The notes: a model not told the origin generated them from the sequence alone. A stretch of DNA of 64,000 nt from a virus (IMGVR_UViG_3300030419_004440:1-64000), one strand, 5' to 3'; positions 30,381 to 41,010 are shown, counted from the first letter of the stretch. Numbers and translations are program-made.

Positions 30381-33300
30381 ATGGTTAATTTACATAATTA
30401 CAGTATAGTACCGCCAAGTGCGGTGTTCCAAGACAACTGGCCCCTGACCGGTGTGCTTCCGCAGGGGTACAGAGGAGCACTTTCCGTAGCTGGCTGGACT
30501 TTAGGCAACGAAGGTTATCCGCAGCAATCCTTTTTAGGTGCTTCCATAAGATCGTTTAATGTTAATGCCGGGTTCGGGGATTCTAGTTCTACCATGGGTA
30601 TAGAACTTGTCAATGACGAGTTTAATCAGTCTGATAGCACAGAACTTGGCAATGGCGATGATGTATATCACAACGGGGTGCATGACAAGTTCAACCCTCC
30701 GGTGGTTGGTGCACCGGTATTCTTTAAATTTGGTAAAAACTTCGCCACCGTAGAGCAGGCTTTTAGAAGGGATTTCGATGATATATATGACGAGGAGACT
30801 CTAAACGTACCCGACAACCCATTTCCAATGGTTCAAGTTCCATACCCAATTGAGACTCACCCCGCCGGTTATTACCTTGTAGATAGCAATCCCGACGCTA
30901 AAACAAGCAGGTGGATAGACAAGTCGGTTTTACTAGATCCAGAAACAGATTGGCGTGGGTTCGCCCATTTTACTTTCGGTGGCATACTGCAAAGCTATAC
31001 AGAAAATAGAAGTACTGGCGGCAACCCCCTTTATAGCGTAAAACTCACTGACCCAAGGGAGATACTCTCTAACGCTGAATTAATCCTCAATAATTATCAA
31101 GGCACCACTTTCAACAATAAGAATCTGTATAATATATACGGCTTCTTGGAACATGACCTATCAGATAACCTTTTAGAGCAATTCAACGAAAAGAAACTTG
31201 CTAAGAAAGTAATAACTAGAAAGATTAGCGATTTTTTTGACGAATGGAGTCTTGAGGGTGATGATATGTGGCATTTCCCCCCGGAAACAATTATTGAGTC
31301 TGAAGGTGTAGAAACTACACTTAATGGAAACACCTTCCTGTTGACCGAATCGGGAGTCATATGGACCTCAGCGTTCCCAATTACGGGACAGGGGTTTTCA
31401 AGACGTAGCGATAACGGCATACCTTGGTACAGGGTAGAGAAAGCGATGAACGCCCTGTTTTCTTATGATAATGACTTGCCAGAAGAGTATAAAAAAGCGG
31501 GGTTTGGGGGAGTGATTGATTTTCGTGGCTACAATTACGTTGTTGATTGGGGAGGGATACCTACTGATGATATTCCCGAAAGCTATTATCTTGATTTTGA
31601 TAATATCAATATGTTAGATTTGGCACAAGAGTTATGCGATGTATTGAGTAGAGAGCTATATGTCTCACTATTGCCGGTAATAGATCATCCATCGTGCGAG
31701 AACTTGTATAAAAAAAATAAAAAGGTATTATCAGAGGCGAAAGCGTTCCCAGAAGGGTCTCAAGAGAGACACGCGTTTCTTGGTAGTGGGTTGGTCGCCG
31801 GAATAATAAGAATTGACACCATAGACAGGTCCAAACAGCCTCGGTATGGTTCTGTTAAGAGGTATCTAGATTCACTGGAGCTAAATGATATATTCGTTGA
31901 GAATAGAGATGTAGGCTTTGAGGTATCCAATGTCGTTACGGATAAGTTCGTTGTTGGGGCTCAAGAAGTAGACATGTATTATTTTAATAATCTTAGAGAT
32001 AGAGATAATTATTTTGAAAGATCAATTGAATCCCAAGATGATGGGACACTGGAAGCGTCGCGGTCACGTCAAAGAATGCAACAACTAAATCACGACAAAT
32101 GGACGTTGGATACAAACTTAAAGCAGCAAATACTACCATTCTATGGATTTATAGGTGATAAAGCGGTAACCATCCCTAGAGGTTTTGGCTCTTATCAGCA
32201 AATATTGCTAGATGCTAGACACTTAGATGCTCACGGTGTTGGGTCTTATTATATCGCTACAGAAATGGAACTTCGTGCCGCTACTGTTTCGTATGAGGCT
32301 TGGCAGAACTTCTTACTGACTTATTCCGAAATATATATACAAGAACTCAGTAATAATCAAGCCTTCTTTTCATCATTAGGCTTAAACATGACCGAAGAAG
32401 TAGCAGGAATAAATGACCAACTTGAAGAAGGCAGCCCCATAAAAGAGCAGTTGTCAATTTTAACTGAGGCTGGAAGAAGGTTTGGGGTAAGCGTACCTAG
32501 ATGCGTCTGGAATAGTGATAAGTCTCCGGAGAAAGGGTCTGAGTTCGTTAGAATTGATGAAGATACTGGCGAAGATGTTGAAAAGGAAACCGGGGGAGTG
32601 TTTGTAGGCCAAATGGGTGATGATGGCTATCCAGCCAGCCCCTGTAGTCCACCGTTTGGATATCCCCTTTATTATAAGCGAGCAGAGAAGATAGGCATAC
32701 CTCAAGCCGGTTTAGTAAAAATTACAGGTGCCCTGCAAACGGTCATGACCAATATACAAAACCTTGAAGATATGACAAGATCAGACAAGCAAAGGTTGAG
32801 ATTTTCAAAACACATGGCCGAAAAGGGCATCAGAAGACTTGAAGCGTTAATAGTAGAGAAGAAAAAACAGCAGCAGCAATTGGGTGCCGGTGCCCCAAAT
32901 AGAAAGGTTCACAGGCTGCTCGTTGATATAAAGATTCTGGAAGATAGAATTAAGGAGATTAGAAAGAATTTAGTAAAAGAACGTGAAGAGCTAGAGGTGC
33001 TGCAAGAGGATAGAAAAGTTCAATTGAAGGCATTGAAAGAGAATGTTAAAAATTCAGCCGCTTTAATAAAAAATATCTCTAGGTATCAAAGAGATAGTCT
33101 TAAAAACGCGAAGAAAGTTTATGAGTTTGTAAAGAAGGTTGCTGATGACAATTTGGGCAAGAAGTTCTTGGTGAAGATACCTAGAGCTTGTAATGTAAAT
33201 TGGTCTCCAGATATTCTACTTGGTGGTGCGACTAACAACCAATCACGCCCATGGGATGTTATTAGGGGGCCGTTTGGTTTTAGACCTCACCCCGTTAACG

Positions 33301-35663
33301 CTGAAATTGGATTCCGTGAATCAGAGCAGTGGGATTTAGACCTAACAGAATTTAAAAGAATTGCTCAGAAAGCGGAAAGAAGTGGGCCAACTACAACCTT
33401 ACTCGATGGAGCGATTTGGCCGACTAAATCTAAGGTACACTGGCACTACCTAGACGTTCAAGCTATGGGGGAGGCGGCGGCAGAACTCGCCTCGACACAT
33501 AAGGATATGGTTTGGTATGGCTCTGGTTATACCGAAGGTGCTTTAAAATGTAACTTTAATCCTTTCGACTCCAAGTGGGAATTTAACTATAAACCAGAAC
33601 CGCAGGGTGGGTTTTATAACTACGCACTGAGTAAACCGCTTGGTGAACTTGACTTTAAGGCGGAATATTTCAACAACCAGCCTCCGCCAAGTGTAGGCAA
33701 CGAACTGGCTAGAAAACAGCTTCTTGCACCTCAACTGATGGACAAACTTGTTGCAGATTCAAACAGAATACAGTGCTACGCAAGGTATGATCATAGCCAA
33801 CACTTAGATTTTGCGAAGGTAAGTTCTGACAAGATTGAACAACAGGGCATAGAGGTCAAGGAAGGAGGAGAAACGATATTTATCCCTGATGTAATGGAGA
33901 CCTTGCCAAATCTTGACCCGGATAAGAGGGAGGCCCTAAATAGCATTCAGGCAAGGCTAGAAGACGATAAAGATCTTGAAAGACAAAAAAAATCAGTTGC
34001 TTTTGTTAGGTGTGAACTTGATAAGGAGTTCTATATGGCACCCAAACATGTGGGTGGCGATGCTGTAGTTTGGGCTGAAGATTTTACTGTTAATTTAGCA
34101 CCAACTCCTTATGAAATTGTTTATGTTCCTAGTGGAGATAAAGGTTGCCGAATTCCAAAAGAAGTTAAAAGAAGACCTATACCATCATTTGGTGTTAAAG
34201 ATGGCGGACTGTTAAATGCAGACGGTAACTCAGTTGACACTGAGGAGGTAGAAGGTCTTGACGGAACTACTGAAACTGTTACCACTCCCGTAACCGCAGA
34301 AACTGCCCACAGGGTTCGTTGGGACGGTTTTGATCGTGAGTGGAACGAAACCTACAAGGCTTGGATAATAAAAACAAAGGCCGAAGATCTCGACCCAGAA
34401 CACGTCTACGCATTGATAACTGTGCCCGGCAGGATCACCCCAACGGTCGATAAAAGATATGTAGATGGTCCACTTAGGGCTGTAAACGGGGTGTCTATAG
34501 CTAACTCGCTAACCGAAGATGTCGTAAAAATAGACGAGTTTTCAAAACCGGGAATCAAACATCCAGATGAAGACCCGGAAGTTCAATGTGACAACCTTCC
34601 TAGCGGAGTTGACTTTACTTTTGATGATCTATCAAGAGCAGTTCAGGCACAGAAAGATGCGGCAAAGGGTATTAGCCTTTCTAGCAATGGTGATACCAGC
34701 ATATTGGCGTTTACATCCCCTTCCCCCATATACCCTGATATGGTTGCTATACCACTAATGTCTATGGAGCGGTGCTATGGCCCTTGGCTGTCCAGTGCCA
34801 ATACACATGACAGACTCGACAATGATGGCCGTGTGAAAGAGTTGAAATTTTCTGAGATCGGAGGTAAGGTTGAGTTTGTTAAAGAAGAAGAATTAGCACC
34901 TTGGAATTATGCGGGTTATAGGTTGATGGATGACGCCGCAAGACTGAAGACTAAATTTTCAAACAGCTTGCTGCTATTTTCCGAGAGAGGTTCGTTTTCT
35001 TACCCGTCTGCACCAATAGATGTTTCGCTGGCCAAAGCGTTAGAGGACAGAGGACCGTTGGTTACATCTATAAGCGTAAACGTTTCTAATAATTCAATAA
35101 AGACCTCTGTTAAATTAGACTTGTATACTTCTCAGTTCGGAAAACTACAGAAGCAAAAGGAGAAAGCTATAGCACAAATAAGTAGAGAGCGGCAGAAGTT
35201 GTTAGACCAAAGAAACAGCCTAGAGAGACGTGGTCTAGGAAAAGGTGCCGCGAACATGAACATGATGCAAGATCTTCTTAGAAAAGGGGGTCAAGGTCTG
35301 ATAGATGCTGCCAAACAGTCTAACGAGATCTTTACCCTGCTAGAAAAGGGCGAAGAAAAGAAAGCGTCCATGATTACCATCAGTGCTGTAAATAGACAAG
35401 ACCAGTATGACAATCCAAGCGAAGGGCTTTCTTTCAAGATAAAATCTGAAGATTCACACGGAGCCTTCCAGTCTGAAGGACAAGTCAGTGAATTAGCTTC
35501 TAACATAGCCGACCCGTTAGCGTATCAAAATGCCATGGATCAAACTGCTGGTGCCCATGTAACAGACATATATACTGGAACATCAGATTCCCCTTATAAC
35601 CCTTATTTTGCCAGCAGACGGATGAACAACCAAGTACAGGTTAATACTAGGACATTAGGATAG
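30381..35663 (+). CDS. Large tail tip/central spike-type protein (1760 aa) with an internal coiled coil
   Basis: N-terminal FLGASIRSFNVNAGFGDSSSTMGIELVND and FTFGGILQSY...YSVKLTDPREIL, plus C-terminal GPLVTSISVNVS...KTSVKL, fit hub/Tal-like proteins. A heptad-rich segment lies at about 32750-33150. Confidence 0.5.
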   Translation: MVNLHNYSIVPPSAVFQDNWPLTGVLPQGYRGALSVAGWTLGNEGYPQQSFLGASIRSFNVNAGFGDSSSTMGIELVNDEFNQSDSTELGNGDDVYHNGVHDKFNPPVVGAPVFFKFGKNFATVEQAFRRDFDDIYDEETLNVPDNPFPMVQVPYPIETHPAGYYLVDSNPDAKTSRWIDKSVLLDPETDWRGFAHFTFGGILQSYTENRSTGGNPLYSVKLTDPREILSNAELILNNYQGTTFNNKNLYNIYGFLEHDLSDNLLEQFNEKKLAKKVITRKISDFFDEWSLEGDDMWHFPPETIIESEGVETTLNGNTFLLTESGVIWTSAFPITGQGFSRRSDNGIPWYRVEKAMNALFSYDNDLPEEYKKAGFGGVIDFRGYNYVVDWGGIPTDDIPESYYLDFDNINMLDLAQELCDVLSRELYVSLLPVIDHPSCENLYKKNKKVLSEAKAFPEGSQERHAFLGSGLVAGIIRIDTIDRSKQPRYGSVKRYLDSLELNDIFVENRDVGFEVSNVVTDKFVVGAQEVDMYYFNNLRDRDNYFERSIESQDDGTLEASRSRQRMQQLNHDKWTLDTNLKQQILPFYGFIGDKAVTIPRGFGSYQQILLDARHLDAHGVGSYYIATEMELRAATVSYEAWQNFLLTYSEIYIQELSNNQAFFSSLGLNMTEEVAGINDQLEEGSPIKEQLSILTEAGRRFGVSVPRCVWNSDKSPEKGSEFVRIDEDTGEDVEKETGGVFVGQMGDDGYPASPCSPPFGYPLYYKRAEKIGIPQAGLVKITGALQTVMTNIQNLEDMTRSDKQRLRFSKHMAEKGIRRLEALIVEKKKQQQQLGAGAPNRKVHRLLVDIKILEDRIKEIRKNLVKEREELEVLQEDRKVQLKALKENVKNSAALIKNISRYQRDSLKNAKKVYEFVKKVADDNLGKKFLVKIPRACNVNWSPDILLGGATNNQSRPWDVIRGPFGFRPHPVNAEIGFRESEQWDLDLTEFKRIAQKAERSGPTTTLLDGAIWPTKSKVHWHYLDVQAMGEAAAELASTHKDMVWYGSGYTEGALKCNFNPFDSKWEFNYKPEPQGGFYNYALSKPLGELDFKAEYFNNQPPPSVGNELARKQLLAPQLMDKLVADSNRIQCYARYDHSQHLDFAKVSSDKIEQQGIEVKEGGETIFIPDVMETLPNLDPDKREALNSIQARLEDDKDLERQKKSVAFVRCELDKEFYMAPKHVGGDAVVWAEDFTVNLAPTPYEIVYVPSGDKGCRIPKEVKRRPIPSFGVKDGGLLNADGNSVDTEEVEGLDGTTETVTTPVTAETAHRVRWDGFDREWNETYKAWIIKTKAEDLDPEHVYALITVPGRITPTVDKRYVDGPLRAVNGVSIANSLTEDVVKIDEFSKPGIKHPDEDPEVQCDNLPSGVDFTFDDLSRAVQAQKDAAKGISLSSNGDTSILAFTSPSPIYPDMVAIPLMSMERCYGPWLSSANTHDRLDNDGRVKELKFSEIGGKVEFVKEEELAPWNYAGYRLMDDAARLKTKFSNSLLLFSERGSFSYPSAPIDVSLAKALEDRGPLVTSISVNVSNNSIKTSVKLDLYTSQFGKLQKQKEKAIAQISRERQKLLDQRNSLERRGLGKGAANMNMMQDLLRKGGQGLIDAAKQSNEIFTLLEKGEEKKASMITISAVNRQDQYDNPSEGLSFKIKSEDSHGAFQSEGQVSELASNIADPLAYQNAMDQTAGAHVTDIYTGTSDSPYNPYFASRRMNNQVQVNTRTLG

Positions 35664-35672
35664 GAGAATAAT

Positions 35673-38600
35673 GTGACTACAAATACAACGAATAATATGA
35701 TGGATTCTATCTTCGATAGCGATCCAACAGATTTTCAGGAAACCCCATATCACCTTATAACCACGGACCATCCGTGGATGTTTCAGCTTGGGCTATCAAC
35801 CTTTACAACGGGGACATTGTATAGGTGGTGGCACAAACGTGACGGAAATGGTAAATATGAGAATAGAAAGTATTTTATTGAGAATGAAGAAGTCGCAGCT
35901 CAGCATGAAGTTCCTTGCGTTGTTCTTGGCGGCGATGACACCGAGGGGTATTCCTGCGAGGCCTTTGATAGCTTTAAGGATAAGACGGGTGAATTTAAGG
36001 GTCAATTCTCTTTTCAGGGATGGAGAAAAGAGAACGATGCTGGTGCGGGACAATATCATCGTATGTATATTGACGGTGGCCACACTGACAAGTGGGCCTT
36101 CTCTCAGCCCGGAAAAAACGAAGCTGGAGACCCAAGAAGTTACAGCTACGAAGATTTAAAAGTTACGGATTTTGATAATGCTTATATAAGAGAAGACGGC
36201 GAACTCATGGACGGTTCGGATGACGAACATAAAGCAAGGTGGTGGCAATCGGACGGTCGAGGTGCTCAGGATCTTTTGATTTTTTTTGGTATGCAGCCTA
36301 TAACCAACGTCATTGCCATGAATGACTATGTAAACAATAAAATATTAAACACGATAGATAGAGGTGCAAAAAAAGAAGACGGAACCCCTGCGGAAGGTGC
36401 TTGGACTAAGACAGACTTCGCACGATCAGAGTTTACACTAGACATTCAATCTAGTAAAGAGGGGTATGTGGAGTGGAGTGGTTATGTTCCATTTCAGATT
36501 AGCCTAGGATCTGGTGACGCTGGAGATGTATTCAAATGTACAAAATCTGACTGGGTAACTTTTAGACTTCATCTATTTCCTGAAACAGCACCAAAATCTA
36601 CCCGTCGTGGCATAGCAATGTCCAAACCTTCCTTTGCTGCACCACCAGTAGACTCACTGGGAAGATCGTACCAAAAAAGGGAGGATGGTAGATTCTCACC
36701 TTTTCCTGAAGGTTCTCAGGCCGCAGAAGTTGTTGGCGACCTAGACATGAACTTCAATGAGTATACCGGAAAATGGGAGGCCGGTAGCCCGCAAATGGTT
36801 GGTATTGTTACACAGAAGATTAGTGCCGCACAAACCATTCCTAGCGACAGGCTAAGAAGGGTGACTCCAGAAGATATGCTTAGGAACCCAAACGACCCAA
36901 ATAGTCACATTATATGGGGTTCGGGTGAAGCAATGTCTATACACATGCAAAACAGTAACCCTATGCAATGGACTCCAAATTATCTACAACCATCAAATCT
37001 TGATGAAAATGGCAAGTTTGCAGAGATATGCCCAGAAGATAGCGAAGAGAGAGCGACGGTAAGAGTCTTCAACGCTAGTTCAAAGCCACTAGAGGTTGAC
37101 CAGATGTGTTTACTAAACAGAATAGATGGTTTATGGTTCGCTATAGATTTTCCCTCTGGCGTTGTCGGTGAGGACACAGTGTCTGTTGGTTTTGATGGAA
37201 AATGGGAATTCCAGTATTACGCTACCAATGTAGTGCACTTCTTTAAAAATAAAGATTTTACTCGTATTCAACCCGCCGCTATAGAGAAAGGGTTTCACAA
37301 GGAGTATTATGCGTCAAAATCGTGGGCTGATCGGAATCATAACGTATATCAAGGAGCTACAAGAATCTCAGATTTTTTGTATCACGGGGGTTTCCATCAG
37401 TTTTCATCTTTTGACTTTATGGATCACTTGATCGCTGGAACTAGAGATACAAACGCATATTCTCTCACCAGCCCTTTACTGGCACCAAATGGGGACACAA
37501 TAGAAGGCGATACGGACGGTTTACACACTGGCCCGTTTTTTGGCTGCTGTTTTCCAGACGGTTATAGCACTGAGGATACGGCTAAATATTTGTCGGACAG
37601 AACCTTTATCGCAAAACCGACCATTAATGTAAGCGGTAAAGTTGATGGTAAGTGGACGCCGACGCACACCCACTTCTCCTCAACGGTAACCGGCGGAGAG
37701 ACCGAATACAAATATTTTCTGGAAGACGGTATAGCAAAGGATGGCAGGCCGTTTGCTGAGTATGCAAACCCGGCTGAAAAAACCGGCCCCCGAAACGATT
37801 GGAATAAGTGCTATAAGGATCAGCAAAATATTGAACAGCACCTGTTTGTGACGGATGGGACGAATCTTCTAGACGCTTCACTTAGCCATTTGCCTGCTGA
37901 CATAGCCCTGAATGCATCCCCTTCCGGATATGTAAATGGTCAGCCGCTTACTAATATACATAAACTGAACGATGCCTATCACCGAAGCAACGACTCAAGT
38001 TTCAGATCCATGGACCTGCTATGTAAGCAATTCTTTATGCAAGGAAAAAATTGGCTATATAAAAAATATGACGATGATGATGATAGTGTTGGTATAAAGG
38101 ATTTTACTGAAAGTAACGCTTTTGATTTTAAGCCAAATAGACCAAACAGGATCATGTTTAGACCACTTAAGGCCGAAGCGTATTCACAGTTCATGAGGAG
38201 AAATTCGGATGGGAATTATGTTGATCCAAACGCAGAACTTGGAACCAGAAGCTATTTTAATCAGAGCCTAGGTAGAGACATGAAGTCTCAAGGGAGGCCA
38301 TCTTCGGATTCATCTCTATCTCGGGAGCTTGATAATGATATAGCACAAATGCGAGACACGAGCGATGCAGCACAAGGAGGGTTTTCAGTTCCGAATATGG
38401 CGGGAAACATATACTCTATTTATAATTCTTTTTGGGGGCTACAGCATCAAGTAGATATACCTACCAGCAAATCAAGCGATTATTTACTTTCCCCCAACGC
38501 TAACCTAAAATCCATTCAGGAAATAGATTTTTCTACACTATTCCCTCGCCTTCCGGTTACTTGTTGGGGTTTTGCGGGTGGTAACCGTTGGTGTCACTCA

Positions 38601-40205
38601 TCAACCGACATTGATAAGGATAAATACTATGCGAGTCTTGACCCCCCTTGGAGGGCTTACAAGATGGGTGACGACGACGATCAACACCGATCTGGTGGTG
38701 TAGGAATCATTGCTGCGGCGGCCACATGCACATTACAGGACAGGGTAAAGTTTGAAAGTACATGTAGACTTGGCTGCTGGTCTTATAGTCATAACAATTC
38801 GCCGCCATATAAAGCTTCATGGGGCAAAGGTGACAATCACGATAGTTTTTCAACTACAAACCTGTTTGTAAGAGTCTATGCAGCTTGGCCAAAAGAGCAG
38901 ACAATCTATGATGGTAGATATTTTGCCGTTCACCATTTTAATGCTGGAATATTAAGCGAAACGTTTGAACATGATGGCGATGAGTGGTACAGGCTGGAGT
39001 CGGCGACCGAAGACATTACGCAAAAAGACCCTACCGATCCGGCGGGAGGCTTTAAAAGTTACAAATACAAAATCCAAAAGCCGGGCTATGACATAGATTT
39101 ACTCGGCCCCTCCACAAAGGTGCTTACACCTTCTGAGGATGAAGTAAACACTCCTCGTGTTGCAGCTAGCTACTCTAGATTTTACGGGCTAACCACTGTT
39201 GAGGTGGCTAATGGGGCATCTACAGTTTACGAGTCCTTACCTAGATCGAAGTGGCAGGTTAACAACAGAGTTGTCGCCTCAAGAAGAGGAAAGCTGTTGC
39301 CCTTTGAATACAGTTATTGGTCTGTTCAAATTCCTAAGTTTAAAATTCAGCTTCCGTGGTTTGGCGAGGGCATTGAAGACGGTGAAGAGAAAATTTATAA
39401 GAATGGCGGATACGCAATTGTGTTAACAGGAGGGTCAGATAACGACGGTTTCTTGAACGCTGAAGCTCGCCCATTTTACGATTTAACAAAAGCAGAAGCC
39501 GACAGAGAACAGCAGTTTGATCCAATAAAAAACCCGGATTCTGAAGATGTAGTTATGGTTGTTAGAAACCCCGGAGATGGCGGCGATGATGGTAGCTATA
39601 AAAAAGGAGACACATTTGTCACCCCTGTAAATATAGGAGGGGGAACACAGGCCATAATCAAAGTTGCTGATGTTGTAGATGTTGGTGAATACAAAGGAAA
39701 AATCTCAACACTTGAGGTTAGCTTTGAGGGTACCGATTTTGAGAATACTGGTTTCACAGACGTGGATAAAGACAAGCCCATCACAAAGTCATCAATAGGG
39801 ATGGATCTAAGCCCCGGAGGGTCACAACCAGCGGGCGGTAGAGGTTTTAATGCTTTTCTAGTAAGAGGCGAAAATCGCCCCACAGTTAAAACTGACCTGA
39901 AACCTGAAATAGCCACCTCTGCGGATTTGAATAGATTATCTATTAAATCTGAGAAAATATCGGAGCAGGGCGGCGGTATAGGCGGAGGGGGGCACTTTGG
40001 CCTTCTTAGTGATAATTTTGAGGCTGATATAGAAATTACCAACAAGTCCCCAGACAATAAATATGACCTATTTTTCTTTTTCCATAACGATATTACGCAT
40101 ACTTTCGCATACGGTAACACAAATGTTGGAAATCACTGGCAAAGAACTGGGGATATGGGTAAGGGGCAAGAACAGTATATAGACCTAACAATAACTACAA
40201 ATTAA
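35673..40205 (+). CDS. Large tail-associated protein (1510 aa), possible receptor-binding/baseplate component
   Basis: GTG start with AGGAG RBS; last gene of the tail-tip run. C-terminal VVRNPG...YKKGD...AIIKV...ISTLEV resembles beta repeats of baseplate/fibre proteins. Confidence 0.45.
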   Translation: MTTNTTNNMMDSIFDSDPTDFQETPYHLITTDHPWMFQLGLSTFTTGTLYRWWHKRDGNGKYENRKYFIENEEVAAQHEVPCVVLGGDDTEGYSCEAFDSFKDKTGEFKGQFSFQGWRKENDAGAGQYHRMYIDGGHTDKWAFSQPGKNEAGDPRSYSYEDLKVTDFDNAYIREDGELMDGSDDEHKARWWQSDGRGAQDLLIFFGMQPITNVIAMNDYVNNKILNTIDRGAKKEDGTPAEGAWTKTDFARSEFTLDIQSSKEGYVEWSGYVPFQISLGSGDAGDVFKCTKSDWVTFRLHLFPETAPKSTRRGIAMSKPSFAAPPVDSLGRSYQKREDGRFSPFPEGSQAAEVVGDLDMNFNEYTGKWEAGSPQMVGIVTQKISAAQTIPSDRLRRVTPEDMLRNPNDPNSHIIWGSGEAMSIHMQNSNPMQWTPNYLQPSNLDENGKFAEICPEDSEERATVRVFNASSKPLEVDQMCLLNRIDGLWFAIDFPSGVVGEDTVSVGFDGKWEFQYYATNVVHFFKNKDFTRIQPAAIEKGFHKEYYASKSWADRNHNVYQGATRISDFLYHGGFHQFSSFDFMDHLIAGTRDTNAYSLTSPLLAPNGDTIEGDTDGLHTGPFFGCCFPDGYSTEDTAKYLSDRTFIAKPTINVSGKVDGKWTPTHTHFSSTVTGGETEYKYFLEDGIAKDGRPFAEYANPAEKTGPRNDWNKCYKDQQNIEQHLFVTDGTNLLDASLSHLPADIALNASPSGYVNGQPLTNIHKLNDAYHRSNDSSFRSMDLLCKQFFMQGKNWLYKKYDDDDDSVGIKDFTESNAFDFKPNRPNRIMFRPLKAEAYSQFMRRNSDGNYVDPNAELGTRSYFNQSLGRDMKSQGRPSSDSSLSRELDNDIAQMRDTSDAAQGGFSVPNMAGNIYSIYNSFWGLQHQVDIPTSKSSDYLLSPNANLKSIQEIDFSTLFPRLPVTCWGFAGGNRWCHSSTDIDKDKYYASLDPPWRAYKMGDDDDQHRSGGVGIIAAAATCTLQDRVKFESTCRLGCWSYSHNNSPPYKASWGKGDNHDSFSTTNLFVRVYAAWPKEQTIYDGRYFAVHHFNAGILSETFEHDGDEWYRLESATEDITQKDPTDPAGGFKSYKYKIQKPGYDIDLLGPSTKVLTPSEDEVNTPRVAASYSRFYGLTTVEVANGASTVYESLPRSKWQVNNRVVASRRGKLLPFEYSYWSVQIPKFKIQLPWFGEGIEDGEEKIYKNGGYAIVLTGGSDNDGFLNAEARPFYDLTKAEADREQQFDPIKNPDSEDVVMVVRNPGDGGDDGSYKKGDTFVTPVNIGGGTQAIIKVADVVDVGEYKGKISTLEVSFEGTDFENTGFTDVDKDKPITKSSIGMDLSPGGSQPAGGRGFNAFLVRGENRPTVKTDLKPEIATSADLNRLSIKSEKISEQGGGIGGGGHFGLLSDNFEADIEITNKSPDNKYDLFFFFHNDITHTFAYGNTNVGNHWQRTGDMGKGQEQYIDLTITTN

Positions 40206-40221
40206 TTTCAAATTTAACTAC

Positions 40222-40240
40222 TTTTCGTGTATAATACTAT
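40222..40240 (+). promoter_or_regulatory. Putative phage late promoter, second copy
   Basis: TTTTCGTGTATAATACTAT, intergenic, followed by a TAAGGAGG RBS; matches 4699-4717. Confidence 0.65.
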
Positions 40241-40263
40241 GACTCTATAAGGAGGGTTTTATA

Positions 40264-41010
40264 ATGGCAGAAATTAAATTCTATGCTAACGAGACTAGCA
40301 TAGCGGGTGGGACTGATTCCACCCTAATTGATCATACGTCTGGCTCTGGCATGGGGTTTTTTGGCGGAGGCTTTGGCATTTCCGTACCAGTTGGCCAGTA
40401 TCAGGATACTACTTTCGTTACCAACTCTGACGGTACGTCTAGTGGCATTCGTGTTAAAAATACAAAATATGTAGCTAGCACCACTATTCCAAACAGTGGT
40501 GTTTCTGCAAATGGCGGGGCTACCATTGGCCTATCCGGTATGCCAAATTACTACGCACCTCTAAATATTAGATTTGAGCATAGTGAAAAGGTAAGAGTAC
40601 AAAATTGCAAACTTAGAATATTTGATCGTAATGATATTTCCAAGCAGGCGAGCGGAGTAACAACTAAGGTGTATGAATGTCGTCATCCACAACCAAATGA
40701 GGCATTTAATGGCCAAAGTGGAACTCTAGCAATGCGAGGCATTAGTAATTATGGATGGACGGAATTTGATCCAACAGAAACTATGGCCGATCTAGCTTTT
40801 ACGGCTTCGCCCGGCATGAGTGGATTGAACACGTCGGCTGCTGACACCCTTCCTTCTGGTTTGGCTGACGGAAGTATAAACTGGCTTACTAATGAAGGTA
40901 CTGCACACGAAAGCACGAGGCATGATTGGTTTGTGGCTATGAGTGCTTCACCAGATAGTATAGGAAGTAAAACTCAGTATGGTCTCTACTTCACACTAGA
41001 GTACCTGTAA
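40264..41010 (+). CDS. Putative abundant virion structural/decoration protein (248 aa, Ser-Gly rich)
   Basis: Has its own late-promoter motif, a perfect RBS and a downstream terminator; beta-rich S/T/G composition. Confidence 0.5.
   Translation: MAEIKFYANETSIAGGTDSTLIDHTSGSGMGFFGGGFGISVPVGQYQDTTFVTNSDGTSSGIRVKNTKYVASTTIPNSGVSANGGATIGLSGMPNYYAPLNIRFEHSEKVRVQNCKLRIFDRNDISKQASGVTTKVYECRHPQPNEAFNGQSGTLAMRGISNYGWTEFDPTETMADLAFTASPGMSGLNTSAADTLPSGLADGSINWLTNEGTAHESTRHDWFVAMSASPDSIGSKTQYGLYFTLEYL

Noticed and set aside
15113-40205. Diversity-generating retroelement, intein or intron in the tail genes
   Set aside because: No reverse transcriptase, no TR/VR near-duplicate noticed, no intein terminal motifs and no interrupted frames.
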